A stretch of 56,110 nt of DNA from a bacterium (GTDB lineage Bacteria; UBP15; UBA6099; JBFMBQ01), in NCBI GenBank assembly GCA_040752295.1, contig JBFMFE010000020.1, positions 1-56,110 on the forward strand, given 5' to 3'. This document shows positions 27,186 through 34,948 of this stretch, one piece after another. A program made the position numbers and the translations under genes. The notes under the pieces are model-generated. The model was not told where the DNA came from and did no database searches. It saw only the letters and a program-made list of their open reading frames with translations. Numbering within the stretch: the stretch's first letter is position 1; the number at the start of each line of letters is the position of its first letter.

Positions 27186-29426
27186 GTGGACATGAGGGTT
27201 CTTCTGATGGTTCCGGAGCTGAACGTGGGGGGGGTAGAGACCCACGTTTCGGCGCTCGCCGAGGGGATGCGGAGGCTGGGCAACGAGGTGTTGGTCATAT
27301 CGAACGGGGGGGCGCTTGTGCCGGAACTGGAGAGGCACGGCGTGGAGCACGCGGCGTATCCCGTTCACCGGAAAAGTCCGCTGACGATACGGGAGATGTC
27401 GGGCGAGGTTCGCCGTCTGGCGGAGGAGCGCGGGATTGACGTTGTGCACGCGCACTCGCGCGTGCCGGCGTGGATAGGGCATTTCGCCACGCGGGGCGCC
27501 GGGGCGAGTTTTGTGCTGACGGCTCACGCGCAGTACGCGCCGCACGTGGGGAGCCGCGTGATGGCGTGGGGGGACAGGATAATATGCGTGAGCAACGTGA
27601 TACGTGAGCACATAGTGAGCAGGCTGGGGGCGGCGCCGCTGAAGATAAGGGTGGTTTACAACGGCGTGGACATAAACGAGGTGAGGGAGGCGCTCGGGCG
27701 GGCGCGCGCGAGGGAGGCGATAAAGGAGGAGTTGGGGCATCCGCCGGGCGCGCCGCTGGTCGGTGTCATCAGCCGGCTGACGGCGACGAAGGGGCTGCGG
27801 TATTTTATCGAGGCGTTCCGTCTGCTGCGGGCGCGGAATCCGGAAGTGAGGGGCGTCATCGTGGGCGACGGTCCGCTTCGGCGCGAGCTTGGGGAGGCGG
27901 CGCAGGGCGCGGGGCTTGGGAAGGTTCTCACGTTCACGGGCGTGCGGATGGACATATACAACGTACTGAGCGCGCTGGACGTTTACGTTGTTTCGTCGGT
28001 TTCCGAGGGATTTCCGATGGGGTGCCTTGAGGCGCTGTCGTGCCGGGTGCCGATCGTCGCCACGCGGGTGGGCGGCATTCCGGAAATGCTGGAGGACGGC
28101 GGGACAGCGCTGCTGGTCGAGCCGCGGGACCCTGAGGGACTTGCCCGGCGGGTTGAAGAATTATTGAAGGACGGAGCGCTTAGGGAGCGGCTGAGCGGAG
28201 AGGGCTACAGGACCGTGCTGGAGCGTTTTTCGAAGGAGAAGATGCTGGAGTCCATACGCGAGGTGTACGCCGAGGCGGTCGAGGAGAAGAGAGCCGGGGG
28301 GAGGAAATATTACATACGTTCGCGGGCGGCGAGGCCGCGGATACTGCTCACGCTGCCCGAGCTGAACGTAGGGGGCGTGGAGACGCACGTGCTGGACCTG
28401 GCGGGGGGTCTGCGGAGTGGGGGGTTTCAGCCGCTCGTGGTGTCGTTCGGGGGTCAGCTGGTGGAGAAATTGGAGATGAGCCGCGTTGATCACATCAAGC
28501 TGCCCGTGCATTCGAAGTCGCCTGCGACGATTTTCCGTATGGCGGCGAAGATGAGGAAGGTGATTCGCGAGAACCGCGTTGACATGGTGCACGCGCACTC
28601 GCGCGTTCCGGCGTGGATATGCTACCTTGCGACGCGCGGGACGTCGCTGCCGTTTCTGACGACGGCGCACAGCACGTACAGCGTGCATCTGGGGAGCAGG
28701 GTGATGGTGTGGAGCGATTACACGCTGGCGGTGAGCGGTTACGTGCGGGATCACATGATACGGAACTTCGGGGCGGACCCGGAGAGGATCAGGGTGGTTC
28801 ACAACGGGGTATCGGCGTGCGGGGACGATGACACGCTGAGGCGGACGCGCGCGGAGTACAGGGGAGAGTGGGGTATAGATGAGGGCAGCCCGGTGGTCGG
28901 GATGGTGGCGTCACTGACGCCGAGGAAGGGGTACGGATATTTTCTTCAGGCGGCGGGGCGCATCGCGGAAGAGTTTTCCGGGGTCGTGTTTTTAGCGATT
29001 GGCGGCGGGGTGCAGATGGATGAACTTAAGGCGATGCGTTCGCAGATTGGGATACCGGAGGAGCGGTTCAGGTTTCTGGGTGTGAGGGGGGACGTGCGGA
29101 ACCTTCTGGCGGCGATGGACATATTCGTGTTGTCCTCGACGAGCGAGGGGCTGCCGTACGTGATATTAGAGGCGATGGCGATGGGGAAGCCGGTGGTTTC
29201 GAGCGGCGTGGGTGGGATACCGGAAGCGGTGACGAGCGGGAGGGAGGGGGTGCTCGTGGCGCCGGGAGACGTTGACGAGCTGACGCGCGCGTTAGCCTGG
29301 CTGTTGAGCGAGCCGCGGAGGCGCGTCGAGATGGGCGAGGCAGCGCGGAAGCGCGTGCGGGAGACGTTCACGGTGGAGCGAATGGTCGGGGAGACGGAAG
29401 AGGTGTACCGGCTGATGCTGTCATGA
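27186..29426 (+). CDS. fused tandem GT4 glycosyltransferase (two complete GT4 modules)
   Basis: PELNVGGVETHV...VHAHSRVPAWI...VSSVSEGFPM occurs in the first half and again in the second half (PELNVGGVETHV...VHAHSRVPAWI...LSSTSEGLPY). Confidence 0.85.
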   Translation: MDMRVLLMVPELNVGGVETHVSALAEGMRRLGNEVLVISNGGALVPELERHGVEHAAYPVHRKSPLTIREMSGEVRRLAEERGIDVVHAHSRVPAWIGHFATRGAGASFVLTAHAQYAPHVGSRVMAWGDRIICVSNVIREHIVSRLGAAPLKIRVVYNGVDINEVREALGRARAREAIKEELGHPPGAPLVGVISRLTATKGLRYFIEAFRLLRARNPEVRGVIVGDGPLRRELGEAAQGAGLGKVLTFTGVRMDIYNVLSALDVYVVSSVSEGFPMGCLEALSCRVPIVATRVGGIPEMLEDGGTALLVEPRDPEGLARRVEELLKDGALRERLSGEGYRTVLERFSKEKMLESIREVYAEAVEEKRAGGRKYYIRSRAARPRILLTLPELNVGGVETHVLDLAGGLRSGGFQPLVVSFGGQLVEKLEMSRVDHIKLPVHSKSPATIFRMAAKMRKVIRENRVDMVHAHSRVPAWICYLATRGTSLPFLTTAHSTYSVHLGSRVMVWSDYTLAVSGYVRDHMIRNFGADPERIRVVHNGVSACGDDDTLRRTRAEYRGEWGIDEGSPVVGMVASLTPRKGYGYFLQAAGRIAEEFSGVVFLAIGGGVQMDELKAMRSQIGIPEERFRFLGVRGDVRNLLAAMDIFVLSSTSEGLPYVILEAMAMGKPVVSSGVGGIPEAVTSGREGVLVAPGDVDELTRALAWLLSEPRRRVEMGEAARKRVRETFTVERMVGETEEVYRLMLS

Positions 29427-29568
29427 TAATGGGCGCGCGCGGCGTTCCCGCCGTTTTCAGCGCGGGGTTTTTCCCGGCATAAAGCAGGAGACATAAAAGG
29501 CGCGGACGCGCCGCGGGGCGCGATCTGTTATAATAGGCGGAAAAACAGCGGCGGCTGGTGAGCCGGGG

Positions 29569-30081
29569 ATGGGATTCGACAAGAAATTCTACATGAATAA
29601 TTTTTTCAAGCTTGAGCGTTACCGTGTGTCCGCGGACAAGTTCTCGGAGGATGCGCCCGAGGTGAACGAGGCGACGGTGAAGATATCGGTGCCGGCGAGG
29701 AACATACCGCGGGGGTTCGACGCGCGGTGTTTCGCGGTGTACCAGCCCGGGGACAGGAAATTCCGCGCGCTTTCCGCCACGTCGGGGGGAAACGGGACGG
29801 TGGACGCGCTCGACAGGGCGCTGCGGAAGCTGCTCGTTCCGATATACCCTTTTCTGAAAGACGTGCGGCTGATTAGATACGGAGTGCAGAACACGTCATT
29901 CAAGGCGGGGACGTCGTCGGAGGTGGAGGTTTTCATTCTTGCGACGAACGGGGAGGGGAAGTTGTACTATTCGGAAGTGTATTCGAAAAGCGTAATCGAG
30001 GCGTCGTTTCTTGCGCTCGCGAACATATACAACCGATATTTCCGGGATGACTACAACGTCCGGCGAAAGCCCGGGAAATAG
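29569..30081 (+). CDS. stand-alone LeuA/CimA allosteric (LeuA_dimer)-like domain protein
   Basis: GNGTVDALDRALRKLL..YPFLKDVRLIRYGV...GTSSEVEVFI...SVIEASFLALANIYN follows the isopropylmalate synthase regulatory domain pattern. Confidence 0.55.
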   Translation: MGFDKKFYMNNFFKLERYRVSADKFSEDAPEVNEATVKISVPARNIPRGFDARCFAVYQPGDRKFRALSATSGGNGTVDALDRALRKLLVPIYPFLKDVRLIRYGVQNTSFKAGTSSEVEVFILATNGEGKLYYSEVYSKSVIEASFLALANIYNRYFRDDYNVRRKPGK

Positions 30082-30219
30082 TTCCGGGGCGTTATCTGGA
30101 GAGAAGCGCAGCGGTCCGCCGCGTTTGGAGGGGAGCGGACTGCGCGGCGAGGCCGTACGCGGCGCGGGGTCGGCTTTCCGGTCGCGGGCGGTGAAAATCA
30201 GCGGATGGAGGTGGCGCAA

Positions 30220-31698
30220 ATGGGACGACCTGTGGTGATCGTCGGCGCGGCTGACGTAACGGAGGACTACAAGACGAGCGAGAAGGACGCGATGGAACTT
30301 GCGGCGGAGGCGGCGCTCAAGGCGGTGGAGGGGGCGGGGAAGGAGCCGGGGATACTGCGCGAGGCGGACGGGGTACTGACGATACCGCCGGGACACGTAA
30401 CGGTGGAGTACTCGATAGGGGTGTCGCAGAAACTTGGGATGGCGAACGAGACGTACTACAGCAGCACGAGCGGGGGTTCGAGTCCGGTCGAGCTTGTGAA
30501 CCTTGCGGCGAAGCTGATAGGTACGGGCTGGCACGAGTTTCTGGTCATCGCGTCGGGTGACAACATAGGTTCGCACCGCAGGACGAATTTCAACGTGTAC
30601 ATGTCGGCGATACAGCTTCTGTTCACGTCGTTATACACGAAGCGCGAAGCGGATCACGGATTGAACCTTCCGGCGCCGTCGTACGCGATGTACGGTATCG
30701 CGCACGCGGCGAAACGCGGGTACACGATCGAGGAGTTGCAGCGTGCGTACGCCGAGATGATCGCGGCGTTCAGCCGCGTGGCGTCGGGTTATCCGCCCGC
30801 GAAATCGAAGGAGGTGGTGACGGCGGAGGAGGTGTTGAAGTCGCCGCCGGTGGCGCTTCCGTTCACGATGCTGATGTGCGCGAACCCGCGCGTGGACCAG
30901 GGGAACGCGCTGCTGGTGATGAGCGAGGAGAAGGCGAAGGCGCTGGGGATCGGCGAGGAGAGATGGGTGTACGTGCACGGGGGCGGGGATTTCACGGACC
31001 ACAAGTCCACCGAGGACGAGAAGGAATTCGCGGAGATGCTGCCGGCGCGGATCGCGATTCTGCGGGCGCTTGCGCGCGCGGGGATCAGGCTCGAGCGGGT
31101 CGGCGACGAGATACGGCATTTTGACATATATTCGTGTTTCCCGTCGGTCGTGAATTACGTTACGGGCGCGCTGGGGATGGAGTTCAGGGATTACGAGAGG
31201 TTTACGCTCACAGGGGGTCTGCCGAGGCGGGGCGGGGCGGGTTCGCTGTACAGCATGTCTGCACTGGCGGCGATGTACGAGCGGCTCGCGAGGGACGGGG
31301 GGAAGGGACTGGTGTACGGGATAGGCGGGGCGTCGTCGGCGCACGGGGCGGTTGTGCTGGGGAAGGAGCGGCGCGACACGGTGGTCGGCGCGGCGTCTTC
31401 GCCCGAGCTTGCGGAGGCGATGAGGGCGCACGCGGCGGTTCCGAGGGCGACGCTCGACCCGAACCCTTCCGGGAGGGCGCGGATAGTGACGTACACGGTG
31501 ATCTACGAGAACCGGCTCCGGGGGAAGGACATCGAGCCGTACGCGGTGTGCATCGGGCGTGGGAGCGGGGGGCAGTTCACAGCGAACATTGATGGGGTCG
31601 AGCCGCGGGAGATTGCGGCGATGAAGCCGTCGGACGTCGTCGGGAGGGAGTGCCGGGTGGAGACAAGCGGGAAGGGGATCACGAGGATGTACTGGTAG
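30220..31698 (+). CDS. thiolase-fold protein lacking the N-terminal Cys nucleophile, fused to a DUF35-like OB fold
   Basis: Thiolase/SCP-x-like blocks are present (MCANPRVDQGNALLV, FDIYSCFP, GGL). The nucleophile position reads TSGGSS, with no Cys. The C-terminal GRARIVTYTVIY...PYAVCIG...VGRECRVE is OB-like. I chose ATG 30220, which follows GGAGGTG. Confidence 0.65.
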   Translation: MGRPVVIVGAADVTEDYKTSEKDAMELAAEAALKAVEGAGKEPGILREADGVLTIPPGHVTVEYSIGVSQKLGMANETYYSSTSGGSSPVELVNLAAKLIGTGWHEFLVIASGDNIGSHRRTNFNVYMSAIQLLFTSLYTKREADHGLNLPAPSYAMYGIAHAAKRGYTIEELQRAYAEMIAAFSRVASGYPPAKSKEVVTAEEVLKSPPVALPFTMLMCANPRVDQGNALLVMSEEKAKALGIGEERWVYVHGGGDFTDHKSTEDEKEFAEMLPARIAILRALARAGIRLERVGDEIRHFDIYSCFPSVVNYVTGALGMEFRDYERFTLTGGLPRRGGAGSLYSMSALAAMYERLARDGGKGLVYGIGGASSAHGAVVLGKERRDTVVGAASSPELAEAMRAHAAVPRATLDPNPSGRARIVTYTVIYENRLRGKDIEPYAVCIGRGSGGQFTANIDGVEPREIAAMKPSDVVGRECRVETSGKGITRMYW

Positions 31699-31749
31699 CG
31701 GGGCGATGCCGCCGGGCGGCGCGGACAAGAAGGGCGGAGGCGGACGACG

Positions 31750-32745
31750 ATGAAGAGGATTTTCATTACCGGGGGAACGGGGTTCATCGGTCAGCACATC
31801 GTGAGGCAGCTGGCGGGCGAGGGTTTTGAGGTGAGGGCGCTTGCGAGGAAGACGAGCGACGTGAGGGGGATAAAGGTGGAAGGGGTGGAGACGGTGGAGG
31901 GGGACGTTCGGGACGCGGGGTCATTAGAGAAGGCGTTGAGGGGCGCGGAGGCGGTCGTACACGCCGCCGCCCTGGTGGGGGAGTGGGGGCGCGCGAGGGA
32001 TTTTCAGGACATAAACGTAAAGGGGACGGCGAACGTGCTCGCGGCGATGAGGACGGCGGGAGTGCGGCGGCTCATTGACGTGAGCACGTGTTCGGTGCAC
32101 GGATACGAGGGGAAGGATCGGACGGACGAGACCGCGCCGCACGTGAAGACGGGCGTGCTGTACAGCGACACGAAGGTGGAGGCGGAGAAGCTGGTGTGGG
32201 AGGCGCACGGGCGGGGTGAGGTGGTCGCGACCGCGATAAGACCGGTGATGGTGTGGGGTCCGGGCGACAGGGCTTTTTTAGCGAAGCTGATAGGGATGAT
32301 GCGGTCTGGGGTGTTCACTTACATCGGGAGCGGGGACAACGTGGCGGGGCTGTGCCACGCGCGGAACGTGGCGGAGATAATAATGCTTGCTATCGGGAAC
32401 GAGAAATCGGCGGGGGAGGCGTTTTTAGTGAACGACGGGTGCGGGACGACGTACAGGGAGCTTGCGGAGGCGATCGCTGACAGGATGAAACTGCGCGTGC
32501 GATACGTGCGCGTGCCGTATGGGGCGGCGAAGCTTGCGGGGAGCGCATCGGAGACGTTTTTCAGGGCGGCGGGGCGGAGGACGGCGCCGCTGGTGACGAA
32601 GATGGGGGTCGCGGTTCTTGGGAACAACCTTTCGTACAGCATAGAGAAGGCGAGGCGCGTTCTAAGATACGAGCCGGTCGCGAGGTTTCCGGGGGGGCTT
32701 GACGAATACATCTCGTGGTACAGGGGCACGTTCATGAGCGGCTGA
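31750..32745 (+). CDS. NAD-dependent epimerase/dehydratase (extended SDR, 3-beta-HSD-like)
   Basis: ITGGTGFIG Rossmann motif and YSDTK catalytic motif. Confidence 0.85.
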   Translation: MKRIFITGGTGFIGQHIVRQLAGEGFEVRALARKTSDVRGIKVEGVETVEGDVRDAGSLEKALRGAEAVVHAAALVGEWGRARDFQDINVKGTANVLAAMRTAGVRRLIDVSTCSVHGYEGKDRTDETAPHVKTGVLYSDTKVEAEKLVWEAHGRGEVVATAIRPVMVWGPGDRAFLAKLIGMMRSGVFTYIGSGDNVAGLCHARNVAEIIMLAIGNEKSAGEAFLVNDGCGTTYRELAEAIADRMKLRVRYVRVPYGAAKLAGSASETFFRAAGRRTAPLVTKMGVAVLGNNLSYSIEKARRVLRYEPVARFPGGLDEYISWYRGTFMSG

Positions 32746-32788
32746 TTTTCGAGCTGATTCCCGAAAGATTGAAGCAGGAGGTGGGAAA

Positions 32789-33313
32789 ATGGTCAGGCGC
32801 GCGGTCGTGACAGCCGCGGTGTTGTGGTTTTTCGCCGTATCCGGGGCGCGCGGAGAAGAGGGGGTGCGGCTGCTGATGGACGGCGAATACTTCAAGGAAG
32901 TGCACAGGATACTGCGCGGCGCCGGGAAATCCATACATATTGCGGTTTTCAGCATCAGGCGTTATGCGGAGTACCCGGATTCGCCGTCGAACGTGCTGAT
33001 TCGCGATTTAGTGGAGGCGAGGGGGCGCGGGGTTGAGGTGTACGTCGTGATCAACGTTGACAGGTGGAAGGACGACAACGCCGGGAACATCGCGGCGGGG
33101 AGGATGCTGGAGGAGGGGGGGGTGAGCGTGAGGTACGATTCGCTGGAGAAGACGAGCCATGCGAAACTGCTGACGGTGGACGGCGAGGTCTCGGTGGTGG
33201 GGAGCACGAACTGGAGCTATCATTCGCTGGCAAAGAACCGGGAGGCGAACGTACTGATCGAGGACGAGGAAACGGCTGCGCAGGTGAGGGAGTACATACG
33301 CTCGATCCGGTGA
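32789..33313 (+). CDS. secreted single-HKD phospholipase D-family protein (Nuc-like)
   Basis: Signal peptide, then the HAKLLTVDGEVSVVGSTNWS HKD motif. At 174 aa it is Nuc-sized. Confidence 0.8.
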   Translation: MVRRAVVTAAVLWFFAVSGARGEEGVRLLMDGEYFKEVHRILRGAGKSIHIAVFSIRRYAEYPDSPSNVLIRDLVEARGRGVEVYVVINVDRWKDDNAGNIAAGRMLEEGGVSVRYDSLEKTSHAKLLTVDGEVSVVGSTNWSYHSLAKNREANVLIEDEETAAQVREYIRSIR

Positions 33314-33359
33314 CGCGCGCTGGATTTGCGGCGCGCGCCGGTGAGAACGGAGCGACGGG

Positions 33360-34841
33360 ATGAAAAAGAGACTCGTGCTCGCGGTGATAGACGGGTGCCA
33401 CAGGGGGGTTCTGTACGATCTTATTGATCGAGGAGAGGCGCGGTTTCTGGGGCGGCTGGCGGAGAGTGGGACGCGGGTGCGGGAGGCGGTGACGATGTTT
33501 CCGGCGACGACGGTGTGCTGCTGCGCGACGCTGTACACGGGGTGTCTGTTCCGGCGGCACGGGATACTGAACAACGAGTGGGTTGACAGGTTCGCGGCGG
33601 GAGTGAGGGGGCGCTCGTACATTGCCGGCGCGCGGTACGCGCTGGAGTCGCTTGACAGGAAGTTTTTTGGTTTTCCTTCGATATTACTTCCGGACCTTAA
33701 CAGGGGAGGGGCTATAAACAACGACATCGGGGCGCCGACGATTTACGAGGAGTTCGCGCGCGCGGGGAGGACGTCGTACGCGTATTTTCACTACGTGGGG
33801 CGGGGCGCGACGAGGTGGGTGAGACCCGGGCGGATGGACATGCTGACGTTTGCGTACGTGGAGAAGTCCGGGAAGCCGTACCAGATATACGAGCGCCGGA
33901 TGGTGTCGCGCGCGATCAGGGACGTCCGGCGCGAGGCGCCGGACCTGCTGTCCGTGTACTTCGGATGCAACGACGGTCACAGTCACCGCCACGGGGTGGC
34001 GGCGCAGGCGGAGTACCTGCGGGATTTCGTGGACGGCGAGCTTGAGCGGCTGAGCCGCGCGCTCGAGGAGCGGTGTCCCGGAGACGAGATTTACTGGGCG
34101 GTGAGCGCCGATCACGGGCAGACGAGTCTTTCGCCCGGAGACAGGGACAGGAGCGTTTTCGACCACACGTTTTTTCCCGTACTTCGGAGCGCCGGGTACG
34201 GGAACGTCGGGCGGGGGTTTTCGGACAGGGACCTTTCGGCGCTGGACGCGGTCGTCACGCTCGGCAACGGCGCGGCGATAGGTTTTTATCTGCGCAACAG
34301 GGCGACGCGGCGGTGGGAGGACGCGCCGGACTTCGAGGGCGACGTCGCGCCGGCGCTCAACCACATGCTTAAGGCGGCGGAGAGGATACCCCCCTTCGAG
34401 GACTGGGCATATCCCGGATACCTGGATTTTCTGCTCACGAGGACGGGGTTCGAGGAGGGATACAGGGTTTACGGGAACGCGCCGCCGTACGAGGGGACGG
34501 GGGAGCTGGCGGGGCTTGAGGAGTACTTTTCGGGGAAGGAAGGGGAGTACGTGCGCCCGGTGGAACGCATCCGGGGGATCGATCATCCGAAGGGACCGGA
34601 CGTCGTGATGGTTCTGAACTACCGGGATCACTTCAACGTGAACGAGGTTGAGAATTTTCACGTTGGGCAGCACGGGGGGTTGAACGGAGACGATTCGTAC
34701 GTGCCGATGATATTTTCCGGACCGGGGGTGAAGGTGGGCGAGGCGGCGGAGGCTCTGACGACGGATTTCGCGCCGACGGCGGCGGCGATGGCGGGCGTGG
34801 AGATGCCCGCGGCGGACGGGAGGGTTCTTGAGGTGACGTGA
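33360..34841 (+). CDS. alkaline-phosphatase-superfamily type I phosphodiesterase/nucleotide pyrophosphatase-like protein
   Basis: LAVIDGCH...FPATT..C..TLYTG...HGI.NNEW matches the PF01663-type N-terminal metal/nucleophile region. No signal peptide. Confidence 0.65.
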   Translation: MKKRLVLAVIDGCHRGVLYDLIDRGEARFLGRLAESGTRVREAVTMFPATTVCCCATLYTGCLFRRHGILNNEWVDRFAAGVRGRSYIAGARYALESLDRKFFGFPSILLPDLNRGGAINNDIGAPTIYEEFARAGRTSYAYFHYVGRGATRWVRPGRMDMLTFAYVEKSGKPYQIYERRMVSRAIRDVRREAPDLLSVYFGCNDGHSHRHGVAAQAEYLRDFVDGELERLSRALEERCPGDEIYWAVSADHGQTSLSPGDRDRSVFDHTFFPVLRSAGYGNVGRGFSDRDLSALDAVVTLGNGAAIGFYLRNRATRRWEDAPDFEGDVAPALNHMLKAAERIPPFEDWAYPGYLDFLLTRTGFEEGYRVYGNAPPYEGTGELAGLEEYFSGKEGEYVRPVERIRGIDHPKGPDVVMVLNYRDHFNVNEVENFHVGQHGGLNGDDSYVPMIFSGPGVKVGEAAEALTTDFAPTAAAMAGVEMPAADGRVLEVT

Positions 34842-34948
34842 CGGGAGCGGGATACGCGGGTCGGAGAACCACCGGCGCGGCGGTTCAGTTCTTCGTCCGG
34901 TTATGATAAGCTAACGCGACGGGGCGGCGATCACGACGGGCGGTCCAC

